A DNA stretch of 64,000 bases from contig NMRA01000350.1 in NCBI GenBank assembly GCA_002633005.1, positions 317,642-381,641 on the forward strand. The letters run 5' to 3'. Position numbers and translations under genes: made by a program. The notes beneath the pieces are model-generated. The model did no database searches. It was not told the DNA's origin and worked only from the letters and a program-made list of their open reading frames with translations. Source of the DNA: Phoronis australis. Its lineage: Eukaryota; Animalia; Phoronida. Shown here piece after piece: positions 49,839 through 60,240 of the stretch. Each line of letters opens with the position of its first letter. The stretch's first letter is position 1.

Positions 49839-52298
49839 AGACGTCAAATTCATCTAAAAGAACATGCGTCGCAAGGGTTTATTTATGGCCCAAAGGCTGT
49901 AACATTCCTTGCTGTAGATAGTGTATAAAACAATTATTATTATCTCTGGTTAATGAACCTTAGTGTGAATTGATTGTTTAAAGATTTTGTAAATAGCCCA
50001 TGCCGCGCAGTATTAATTGTTCGTTTTGTATGGATCAATTTCAGATCTGAGCTCAATATCAGGCCGTAATTGAAAAACTGATTACATTTTCTTTTTGTTA
50101 TTAATTGAGACAAGGCAAAGTAGATAAACAAATGAGCGGCGCCAGTCAATTGTTCAATGTTACACCATGACGCTCGTGATAAAATCTCATACTAGTAAAT
50201 CAATAACCACCAAACAGCGTTATTGACACAATTGACATATTGGCATCGGTTTTGATTGTAGTTGGCCAGCATTCAGAAGCATTGCAACGGAAGTCACCCC
50301 GTCGATGGGAAGTTGTTTCCATTGGTGACAGTCGCTAGGCAATTCCAGCGAATGTATTGTTGTATTTTATATGCATAGTTTGTTGTTACGTAATCTATAG
50401 AGAAAAGGCCGTGCCAAGGCCCTAATGTGCACACTAGGGTGCAATTTTGTGATATTTGGGTCGCATGGACCTAATTAAGCGATCCCATGAGCATATTAAT
50501 GTTTTTGTATAATTTATTAAATAAACCATTATTGTGAGCAACGGTCTTTTTAACTTATCGAGTATCACTGCATTCTCCGAACGATTGTATAACAATTAAA
50601 ATTCGTCCAGTGTACAATATTTGGCATTTTAGGTAGACGACATTTACAGTATATGTTAAATTACATGTGTAGCAAAGGCTTGGGTGCTTCACAAATATTT
50701 ACGTCATTATTGGGGACAAATAAAACAACAAGAATAATGTATATTTTAAGTTGTATTGGGAATTTCAGGGTCACAGCTCTACAAATAAATATTTCACAGA
50801 AGGAACCAGATGGGTTCCTTAATTACAAGAGATAACACACACATTTCCGATACCCAAAGTACAATTGAGTATCGGATGCTAAGTGGCACAGGTTAGCATA
50901 GTACCAAATGGGTACATAATACCAAATGGGTATTGGCCGATTGCCTACCAACTGGGTCGAGCAAAACGGCAAATTCAATAACAAGTACCAAGTGGGTACA
51001 CCAAACAGCCAACTACGCTATAACAACCTGCAAAGCAGGGTTCCGGACAAGCTGAGTGAGCAGACCAGCCGGAGTGATAAAAAGAGATATTGTAAGGAAC
51101 GTGGTGTTGTGGCTCAGTATGTGCCGAGAGCTGTTACCGGGGTGGAGAGAAGCAAGCTGCAGTGATGGATGCTCCAGTACAGGTCGGGTCGCTAGCCAAT
51201 GACGTCGGTTCTTGCCGGACGGTATCACGTTCCGGGCCTGAAGGAGCTACCAGCAGGGACTGCAAAAACAACAATAACCAACAGCAGATTTTGTTCGACA
51301 AAAGGGAGAGAGTGTGAGAAAAGTATGAATCGGTTGAGTGGAGATGTCGTGGTACCCAGGGTAGGGAGGGTGGTAGAAGTATAAAATTGGCTAATTAGGA
51401 AAACTTACGAGTGAACGTACTGTTGCTTGTGGCTGGGCCAACTGGAAGCTGGAGAGAAAGAACAAACAGCGCTACCATCGGACTTGGTAGGAACTAACTA
51501 GGAGTTGGATATGAAGCATGAAGTGGTGTATAATGTTATTTGCCCAAATAATAGGATTTATGTCAGAGTGCCATGAATCTCATTATACCAACTGCAAAAA
51601 TCTGAGAATGTTTTAGTTTATTGACGCACTAGACAGTTGAACTTTCATGATTACTCCACAACCACGCCATCTGTAAACCTACATATAGGTGCGATTTTCT
51701 ATAGAAGAAGACTTAATTCAGAATTTTACCGCAGAAACAAAATCCTAACTTCAGAGTGGCGTTTGCATATACCTAGCAGAAACATGAACTAGGAATTTAA
51801 CTACTTTAAAAGGTGATCGTATCCACATGCCCCGTGTATTTAGCCAAATACAATGTATCTTGATAAGTTTTCTCAGTGAAAGTCGAAATCTCAATTTCTA
51901 CTAAAACAATTAGCCATCGAATGGGTAGCGCGATCATGTTTTCTAAAAATAGCAGACAACAATGGTAATTTATAGCAAAACAACGGTAGCAATAACATGA
52001 TTAAATTTCAAGGTGAAATCTCGAAAACTCAGTTGAAGTTTTCAGAATTATTATTTTCTTTCCACGTTTTTGCAACATTTGATTTTTCATGAGAATCAAA
52101 GTAGTCAAATTTGAGTAGCACCTCATGCAAAAGTGGAACATTTTAAAAGAAATCCCTGTCGCGTGTTGGAAACATGAAATGTTGTATGATCAACATTATC
52201 TGAACTTTTCGTATAAATCCGATCACTAGACAACCTCTTTTGGGAATTAGTGCTCCTACGCTAGCAACATATGGTCATTTTTCTACGCCGGTGCTATA

Positions 52299-52677
52299 CA
52301 GTGGCGGATCTAGGATATCGTAAGGGTACCCAACATTTTGTCTCAGGGAACTGCGCAAAGCACGATTGCGTGGGCGATCCTGGCTTAAAATATAGGGGGC
52401 TCGAATTTCTGAGGATGTGGACGACTAAAATAAAAAGAAAACGGTAAGCGATTGCGCCGGCGGTCTGGTCTGACTCGGACACTTGCAATCGGGTCTGAGC
52501 CCTCCCCCCACACACACACTCAAGCACGCACAAACTAAAACTTCACACATTGTTACCTCTTGCTTCAGCCGCATGTTAGATGCCGAGGTTTGTTAATGAA
52601 CTCAACATTTCCTCACGCTCTTGCTGTTTTATTTTTTTTCCCGACAGACAAGGCCACCCCCCTAAATCCGCCTAATG
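52299..52677. mobile_element. MITE with CAGTGGCGGATCTAGG-type TIR
   Basis: Left end cagtggcggatctagg, right end cctaaatccgcc; the interior contains a fragment of the repeat family at 53440-54025 and 63169-63400. Confidence 0.6.
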
Positions 52678-52944
52678 ACTATATCTAGCCTTAAACCAAC
52701 GTCACACGAAATTGTAATTGATTAAAGCTATTCCTTAAGGCAGGAATAGCCGTCTATTTACACAGCCTGTATATTTAACGTTTTAAAATCAGTTCTAAAG
52801 CAAAGAATTCATTTCGTCAGTCATGTCAAAAACGACAGGGACAATTTATTTTTGTTTTCAGATTGGGTACTTCAAAGTAATTATTCTTGTACATGTAGTA
52901 ATATTAGGTGACTTGCCTGAAGATGAGACGTGATAATTAATCAA

Positions 52945-53193
52945 GATGTGCACAGTAAGCGTTCCCTCGTCGTTTCAATAAGTATTTCTGATTCGAACTG
53001 TTGTCTACATCCTGCGCGAAACCTGGCTTTTTCCCCTGAGATGCATTTAGCGACCGTCGTTCGCCCGTTCATTGAGCCTCTGGTTGATATTGGTTGTAAA
53101 TATTTTACTGATACTGTCAAGTAAAGATGTTGCTCTGCAGTTGTTTGGGTTACTCGTGCCTCAAAGTTCAGGAAAAGTCCCGGTGTTGACAAT
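52945..53193 (-). mobile_element. Decayed non-LTR retrotransposon (LINE) reverse-transcriptase fragment
   Basis: Minus-strand IVNTGTFPE*..PNNCRATSLLDSISKIFTTNINQRL and, frameshifted, EKARFRAG..ILIE match the LINE RT N-terminal motifs (NYRPISLL...KIF...I..RL, Q.GFR.G). Confidence 0.7.
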
Positions 53194-53439
53194 TCTGACA
53201 AATACATGTAGGTCGTGCAATACTGTAGACTCCCAACTGATGACTTGTAAAATTCATTTGATACACAGTCCTCACCCGGAGATTTAATAGTTTTGAGATT
53301 GAGTGGCTTATATAATTTCATCGTGGCTGATGCTGTCAATTAAAATACATGTATTAACGTCTTCGTAAAGAGTATCGTTTGCACACTGCTCGCAATGAGG
53401 GTCATGGTCGTACACTCAAGGTTTAGGTCACGCTCTCAG

Positions 53440-54025
53440 CAATCCGCCTCACTGAGAGAAACAGAAAGTCCGCGAAAACGAGGCAGGAGTCCACTATAAA
53501 AGGCGCAAATGCACAATTCATAGGTTTGAACGTGGTACCCCATTTTAGCCCCCCGATTTTTTCTTAGTAAAGGGTCCACATTGTCAAAAGTGCGAGCCCT
53601 CCTACATTATAGGCTGGGTGCGCACATGTAGACCCTTAAAATAACTGATACCACTCTGATTCCAATATTGAGGTACCCCAGTCGTAGCTTGGATTGGTTG
53701 ATGATGGCAGCGTTTTTTACCGTTCCCCAAAACTTGCCAGTATCCGGAATCTGATCTCATCATTCAGTTTGCATGAGCGTTGGGGGGTCTCGAACGAGCC
53801 TCCCAATTCAGCGAATTGGGCAAAAAGGTCCGCCACAATGAAAAAAGTCCGAGTAAACTACACAAAAGTTCACAAAGGACACAGGAAATCGGCGCAGATG
53901 CACAATTCGTAGGCCTGAACCTATAGTGGACCCGTTTTTTAGTCTTAGTTGATCTTGTTCAGTAAATGGTCCCCATACCGAGAAATTTGAGCACCCCTAT
54001 ATTTTAGGCTGGATGCGCGAATGCT
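53440..54025 (+). repeat. Two tandem copies of an interspersed repeat (53440-53630 and 53778-54025)
   Basis: Shared ggcgca.atgcacaattc.tagg..tgaac and ccta.att.taggctgg.tgcgc segments. Confidence 0.75.
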
Positions 54026-55262
54026 TTGGCATTTATCTTGGCACACTTATTTCTCTTTTCACGATTTTTAAAAATGCTTTTATATGTTTGAGTAGTTTGC
54101 CAAATCGTCATCATTTCTAGATTCATAGCGAGTTCAAGGGCACTACATTATATCTTTCAATCATTGTCAAAATATGAACATGTCGTTTTCATTTTTGTAG
54201 GCCTACACCAAAACAATGTTTGAGAACTGACTCGGTTTTAAAGCGGAGACTAATTTATACAGTCAAATGAGAGCACTGTGGTATTGGTCGACTAGCTTCA
54301 GTCAAATATCAATAATGCTGCAAATTTGAACTCATGAAATTATGTTTTCTGAAAGCATAAAACCAGCAAAAACTGATACTCAACTTCGCAAAATTAGTGA
54401 AGTACCTGCCAAAACAAAGGTATCAATGTTCTGACACGACCCGATTCATTATTTTAAAATGTTTAGATAAATCCTCAACAACGCTGTTACTGTTTTCCTG
54501 AATTATCAATTCGTTTTTGCAACTTCTGAGGATTTCCATAAAAATCATAAAGTCTTGTCCTCTGATGGACAAAGTCGAACAAATTAAAAACGATTCCTAC
54601 AAGAGTCGTGGAAAACCATACATAGAACATAGCACCTGGAAGTTTCATATGAATACATCAGCCACGTCTAGGACACGACGTTCCGATTTAGCCAGACTTG
54701 GACATTATTTTCTAGGGTCCTCCATAATCTTAGTGGTGCGAGAGAAGGGCACATTGTGCATGGATTTAGAAATAGCTTTTGTGAAGAATAAAGTACATGG
54801 TAGGTGCGCGGGCGAAGATGGATTTAACCATAAGATTATAAAAATTGATTCGGGATGGCAACCTACGTCCGTGACTAAATAAAGTGCATGAGATAATTTC
54901 ATGCCTGTCCGAGTACCCTAAGCGGCGAGCGAGCAAGCACGACGTATCTGTAGGGTGTGCATTGCCACATGACTCGGGTGGCAACTTGGCTTACGCAATT
55001 AAGTGACGACAATGCAGTTTTACAATGATGAGGCATAAGCAAATTTTGGAAAGAAAACGGATTTATCATCAAAATGTCTGATGTACACATATTCAGAGGG
55101 AAGAAATGCTGCAATGTAACACCCGTATGCATTCTAAAAATAGCACGAAATATTGAAGTTATTTCGTGCAATTTCGGCTGATCAGTCACATTTGGTTAAA
55201 CTCGGCTTACAAATGACATCTTTAGGGAATGGATCAATTGCAATCAAGTCGCTTGACTCACT

Positions 55263-55406
55263 CATTGGTGGTGCAGCACTAAAAAAGTGGGGGCTAAAGC
55301 CCCCCCAGCCCCCCTGCGGTACACCGCCTATAAACCACGTGCAGCGTAGCACTGAAAAAAGTGGGGCTATAGCCCCCCCCCAGCCCCCTACGGTGCGCCG
55401 CCCATG
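55263..55406. repeat. Tandem pair of ~70-bp GC-rich mini-elements
   Basis: gcact..aaaaagtggggcta.agcccccccagccccct.cggt twice; outer ends catt ggtggtgc / gcgccgcccatg are inverted. Confidence 0.7.
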
Positions 55407-56398
55407 TCACTACATCATTGTGACATTTTACAACTCTGGATATGTTCGTTTTCAGTACCGACAGGAATGAAAGAGAAGACACTGTTCAACACATTGGGGA
55501 GTATCACTCCTACTGCATACCATCGACATAACACAGCAAAAGCAAACGATACGTTCACACTGTATGATTTATTTAAGTTCATTCTATACCACACAATACA
55601 TTCAGGGCCAGACACAACATAGCGGCTGCGGGAACCACTCGACGTTAAAAATCGAGTTAGCAACTCAAATATAATTCCATTAACGCTAAATAATTTCATC
55701 AAAAAGAAAACAAACAAGATTGCAGACCCGTGTACCAACGAATCAGCTTTAGACATTATTTTAAATACCAGATTTCCCCAAATGCATACATGTATTTCAA
55801 GAGACATGATCCTGGATGAGGAACCAGCGAATGACTCACGCCTGGGCAAACTTAAGATGCAAAAACCAAACTTGTGAATTCTTAATCGAAAACTTATTGT
55901 TAATATTCCATTTTAACATTCCATTCATCATCGTGTCTTATTTTACCCATTAGTTAATTTAAAAAACGTGGTAAATTTAAATAACTTCAGGGATCAAAAT
56001 AAGCCTACACACATAAATGACTATAAAAATAACTCTGGCGGTATTTAACACACTCCATGTGCTACGAAATTGACAAACAAGAGAAAATTATTTGTGACTG
56101 AAATATTCCACAGAAAATTCAATAGTGCACCTGAAATACCATAACAGAACATGCACTACCAACAACTTGGAGCGGGTCCATAGACAGCTCAGGAGACTGC
56201 AGCCCATGCTGGGTCACATTTACATTCTTCGGCCTGGAGCAACCAGTTTGTCCTTAGTTAGCAAACCCGGAAAATTCTACACCGTCTTAAAATTCCAGGT
56301 GAAATCGGCACTGGTTACAAGCGGCAATGCATTGCCTAATTGTCAAAGACATTTGGAATCAAAGCCAGAACTATCACAGCAATGGTAAGCATTCCCAG

Positions 56399-58354
56399 CT
56401 AGACGTATTTAAATATCTTAATCTCACCATTCGACTGCAAAACTGCTACTTCACCCTTTCCTGTGACTACTGCACCAACAGGATGGTCGACGTCTAAGGG
56501 CGTGATTGGCACATAGACAATTCCCTTAGCTACATCCGAAATCACAATGTAGTGACCATCCTTATTGACACAAAGTAAATTCCCCCACTCGTCTGCACAC
56601 ACACTGTGTGGATTGGTCATGAGTTCTGACTTGTATGACGTTACCAGTGAACCGCGATGGTGGTCAACCACATGGACCTTCCCTTGCATAACACCGACAA
56701 GAAGTCGGCCCTTATTATCAACAGACATGCACACGGGTTTGAACGCTTCTAGACCAAGAGAATCCTTGCTGATGACTCTCTTGACACAACAGTCCATGTC
56801 TGCGACAACAATCTGTTCATTGTCGTCATCAGCAATGAACAACATATCGCTGTCACACACAATGGCACTGGATTTGTGAACACCAGAAAAAACTTTCATC
56901 AGCTGACCCTTGTTGTCATACTTAACCACACCTTGTATACCCACATCAGTGACGAAGATATCGCCCGATTTCGGAAAGCAAGTTACACTTACAGGGGTTT
57001 GAAGTTTGTGTTGCTCCTGGTTGACAGAGAATAGGAAAGAGTGGCTAGCTCTGTCAAATACCTTTACATTGCTATTCCCACAATCGCTAACAATCACATA
57101 CTCATCACTAAAACAGAACCCAGTACAACTGCACTCTTCTTCACCAGTCTGCTTAGTGTTGAGGACAACAGTAGTGTCAGCCCTTTCTAGTATTTTGGGA
57201 TTTCCCACACCAAACTGTCCAGTTATAATGTTAAGGTTCTCCTTAATCTGTTGCATCAACTGCTCATCGATCTGTTTGGTCAATTCACTCAAGTCAGGCA
57301 GTGGGAGTTCTCTTGGCTCAAGACGAAGGGTAGGTCGGCACACCTCTGTCTCGTAGTCATTTGGGTTGAAGTCTTCCAGGTGGCGCTTAAGCTCAGGAAA
57401 TTGCTGCAACTTCTCAACATATCTATCAGACTGGATAAACTTATTGGCAACATCAACAACAGTGGAGACTGCGACCCTACTTAGCTCTGCCTCGTGGTAG
57501 GCTACTTCAGCTTGTTTTCTTGCCATTTCTGCCTGCTTCAACAAGTTCTCCAAAGCCTTTTCTTGACTCAGCTTGACTTGGTTCAGTATGTACTCTCTGT
57601 AATCTTCAAAAGCCTGACTGACAGCCGCAATGGCGTCCTCCCGTTGTTGACTGATGCCATCTACAATCTTCTTGCGCGCATCACAAATTGAGTTGGCTCT
57701 CTTCATCGCCTTCGTTGACTTTTCATTCAGCACGTCCTTCAAAATCTTTTTTGCTAGCCTTGCTTCCTCCCCCAAATCAGTCAACCGGTGTTGGCTGTGC
57801 GTCTCCACAACACAAGCTGAGCAGAGGGCCTGCTTACACGGCTTACAGTAAAATTTCAAATCTTTGTTGGCGTGAGTGGGACAAACCGACTTTTTCGTCT
57901 TCATGATTTCCTCGACATGTAATCCATTCTGGACATCTTCAAGGAAAACAACCTTATGCTTCTTATTCGGTGTTGCTCCACTGTGATGCTTAGAACACCT
58001 TGGACACAACTGCATACTACACTGTATACACAACGAGACGGCATCATTATCCACGTGGACAATCTTACACACGTCACATTTGGCCTCACTGCCAACAGCT
58101 AACGCGCTGGCTAACTTGGAAAGGAATTCGTTTTTCATAAAACCGGTAACACCATCAGACGGAACTGTGTGTTCTTTCCTACACAAAGCACAGGGGAATA
58201 ATCCCTGCTTCCCTTCGGTGGACATGTGCTGTGCAAGACACTTTTCACAAAAGGAATGCATACATGGCAACACCCTAGGCGAGACCATGGACTCCAAACA
58301 AATGTGGCACTCAAGCAAGCTATGGAGGTCGTCTTCTTGTTCACTTGTTGCCAT
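56399..58354 (-). CDS. Tripartite-motif E3 ligase (RING, B-box1, B-box2, coiled coil, NHL-like beta-propeller), 651 aa, single coding exon
   Basis: C3HC4 RING CHICLESMVSPRVLPCMHSFCEKC..CALCR; B-box1 CDVC..CIQCSMQLCPRC..H..H; B-box2 CPTH..FYCKPCKQALCSAC..HSQH; C-terminal NHL-like repeats (VIVSDCGNSNVKVFD, PVSVTC..GDIFVTD, PHSVCADEWGNLL). Acceptor ctttcag then gtcgccATGG (strong Kozak) puts the start at 58354, not 58393. Confidence 0.92.
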   Translation of the reverse strand: MATSEQEDDLHSLLECHICLESMVSPRVLPCMHSFCEKCLAQHMSTEGKQGLFPCALCRKEHTVPSDGVTGFMKNEFLSKLASALAVGSEAKCDVCKIVHVDNDAVSLCIQCSMQLCPRCSKHHSGATPNKKHKVVFLEDVQNGLHVEEIMKTKKSVCPTHANKDLKFYCKPCKQALCSACVVETHSQHRLTDLGEEARLAKKILKDVLNEKSTKAMKRANSICDARKKIVDGISQQREDAIAAVSQAFEDYREYILNQVKLSQEKALENLLKQAEMARKQAEVAYHEAELSRVAVSTVVDVANKFIQSDRYVEKLQQFPELKRHLEDFNPNDYETEVCRPTLRLEPRELPLPDLSELTKQIDEQLMQQIKENLNIITGQFGVGNPKILERADTTVVLNTKQTGEEECSCTGFCFSDEYVIVSDCGNSNVKVFDRASHSFLFSVNQEQHKLQTPVSVTCFPKSGDIFVTDVGIQGVVKYDNKGQLMKVFSGVHKSSAIVCDSDMLFIADDDNEQIVVADMDCCVKRVISKDSLGLEAFKPVCMSVDNKGRLLVGVMQGKVHVVDHHRGSLVTSYKSELMTNPHSVCADEWGNLLCVNKDGHYIVISDVAKGIVYVPITPLDVDHPVGAVVTGKGEVAVLQSNGEIKIFKYV

Positions 58355-58516
58355 GGCGACCTGAAAGATGAAATGGACAAGATAAGGATACATGATTGAA
58401 ATTTGTCATCTGTCAACACTGAGAAGTGCGGGTAATCACTCTGATATATTACCCAAAAGAAAGTGGACACAACAGGATAGAGTAGCTAGAAATTCTCAGG
58501 CATTAAACATGTGCAC

Positions 58517-58552
<36 letters not shown>
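58517..58552. repeat. (AAT)n microsatellite
   Basis: About 12 AAT units in the intron upstream of the TRIM coding exon. Confidence 0.95.
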
Positions 58553-60163
58553 GCACTTCTCGCAATTTTTTCCTTTTGCGACTGCATTCTGTTCCCACAA
58601 GGCAGGTGTAAGTTCGTGATCAATACACATATTGCTTTAAAGCTGTGGAAATGAGCATCAGAACGGCATCCTCATGAAATGTAAGGGTTGCTTAATGCCA
58701 ATAGTGTTTCTTGGTCACTTCAGGGTTTTAACTTTAAAGCGTCAATAAATCCACATCCCATAGAACAAACTGTTGAATGAGATTGGTAGTACTGCTAGAA
58801 CATCAGTTTCAAGCTGTTCCTTACTTGCACAGAACTGACAGTTTGTCACTGAGAGAACGACCATGCTAGACAAATAAAATAACCCGGCATGACAAGTCAA
58901 ATTGTAGAACCTAATTTCAAGCTCAATAACAAGCTCGAAGTTCCTTCATTAGTTTTAAAATCACTCCACAAAAAACTCCGATGCAGTGGATGAAAGAAAC
59001 TATCTATGTTTTGCCTTTAGTAACCTTGACTTGCCTTATCCAACAAAATATGAGATTTGCTTCTACGTGCTCACTAGCTGTGTAAATCAGATGTTTGCGA
59101 ATAGCGCCAACAATACTCTTCATTCCATCCACAATTAACCCCATCCTTGTAAACTCAGGTTTTTGTATGAATGGGAGAAACCTTTTTTCTGCTAAATACC
59201 GTGAATAAGTGTTCCAAAAAGTATGTATGATAATGCTAAAAAGATTTGTATTATCTCAATTTGGTATATTCCCGCTTGAGGTTTGTGATTTTTTTGTGTA
59301 ACCATGGAAGCAATTTATATCATGTTACCAATCCTTCAACTGGGCCATAGCCAATTACCAAAGGAACAATTCACTGTAAACTAAATCAAAATCTTTCAAC
59401 TGACCAAAGACAACCAGTCCTATGTCAAAAATGATTTAATACTATCAGGCCTACGCATAATGTTGCATCATGACATGCAATGGGTCAATATAGTCAGTAG
59501 CGTAGGTTTATCCCACTTGACATTTTCATCTTATTAATGCGTTTCCGAATAAATTTTGTAGCATTTCTGTTTTTCCTGGGGTTTTGAATGGTATCAAAAG
59601 AAAATCAATTCAGAGGCAAAAACTTTGACACGTGGTAAAAAGACAACTCAAGTTGCTCATGGATGTGGGTTCCCCACGATTGACACCAAACGACTCAATG
59701 TTTCTCAATGTATTTCCGATTCAAATCCTGCATCTTTCAAACATGGAAACTTTTCTCTTGTCTGTTTCCTTAATGGCTTAACTCATAATCACCCACTTTA
59801 AGAAGTGGACTTTGCACACATGAAATTCATAAATATGACATGTGCGGAGTAGATAAAGACTCATAAGAGGAATTAGATGTAACAGGAAAGATCGTCAAAT
59901 GGTTGTCAAATCAACAAGAGATGAAAAGTCGCAAGAATGGTATTTGTGGGTAAGTAGGTATTGTTGCTAAAACGAAGATTGCAAATTGCCTCTCTACACT
60001 GACTGACTGCCTAGCTTTTGAATTTGTTGTAGAGTACATCTTAATTCTTGACTATACCTATAGCGTCCAAAGCTTTTAGCAGAACTGAACAACCAGGCAA
60101 ATGGACGAGTTAAGTCAGCCACAGTGTTCGCCTTGACATCTCAGTAACCTCACTTAAGCAATG

Positions 60164-60240
60164 CCAATGAGTCAGTGGAACGAAAACTTGGGAATTTCCC
60201 AACTTGAGTCATCGCAGCAAGCGAGCTTGTGATGACGTAA
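60164..60240. promoter_or_regulatory. Cluster of NF-kB, AP-1 and CRE/ATF consensus sites upstream of the TRIM ORF
   Basis: TGAGTCA 60168-60174, GGGAATTTCCC 60190-60200, TGAGTCA 60205-60211, TGACGTAA 60233-60240. Confidence 0.55.

Noticed and set aside
44619-49853. Long minus-strand ORFs (up to 316 aa) rich in F/S/L
   Set aside because: Antisense shadows of the K/E-rich coiled-coil ORF; their composition is explained by complementary codons.
54517-54882. 121-aa ORF or Merlin/ISXO2-like transposase remnant (IAPGS..)
   Set aside because: The resemblance is limited to a few residues and cannot be supported without a search.
28372-58354. A functional ubiquitin-proteasome cluster (PI31 plus TRIM)
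   Set aside because: The genes are 20 kb apart with an unrelated gene between; adjacency alone is no evidence in an animal genome.
58355-58393. N-terminal extension MYPYLVHFIFQVA of the TRIM ORF
   Set aside because: It reads through a polypyrimidine tract and AG acceptor; the Kozak ATG is at 58354.
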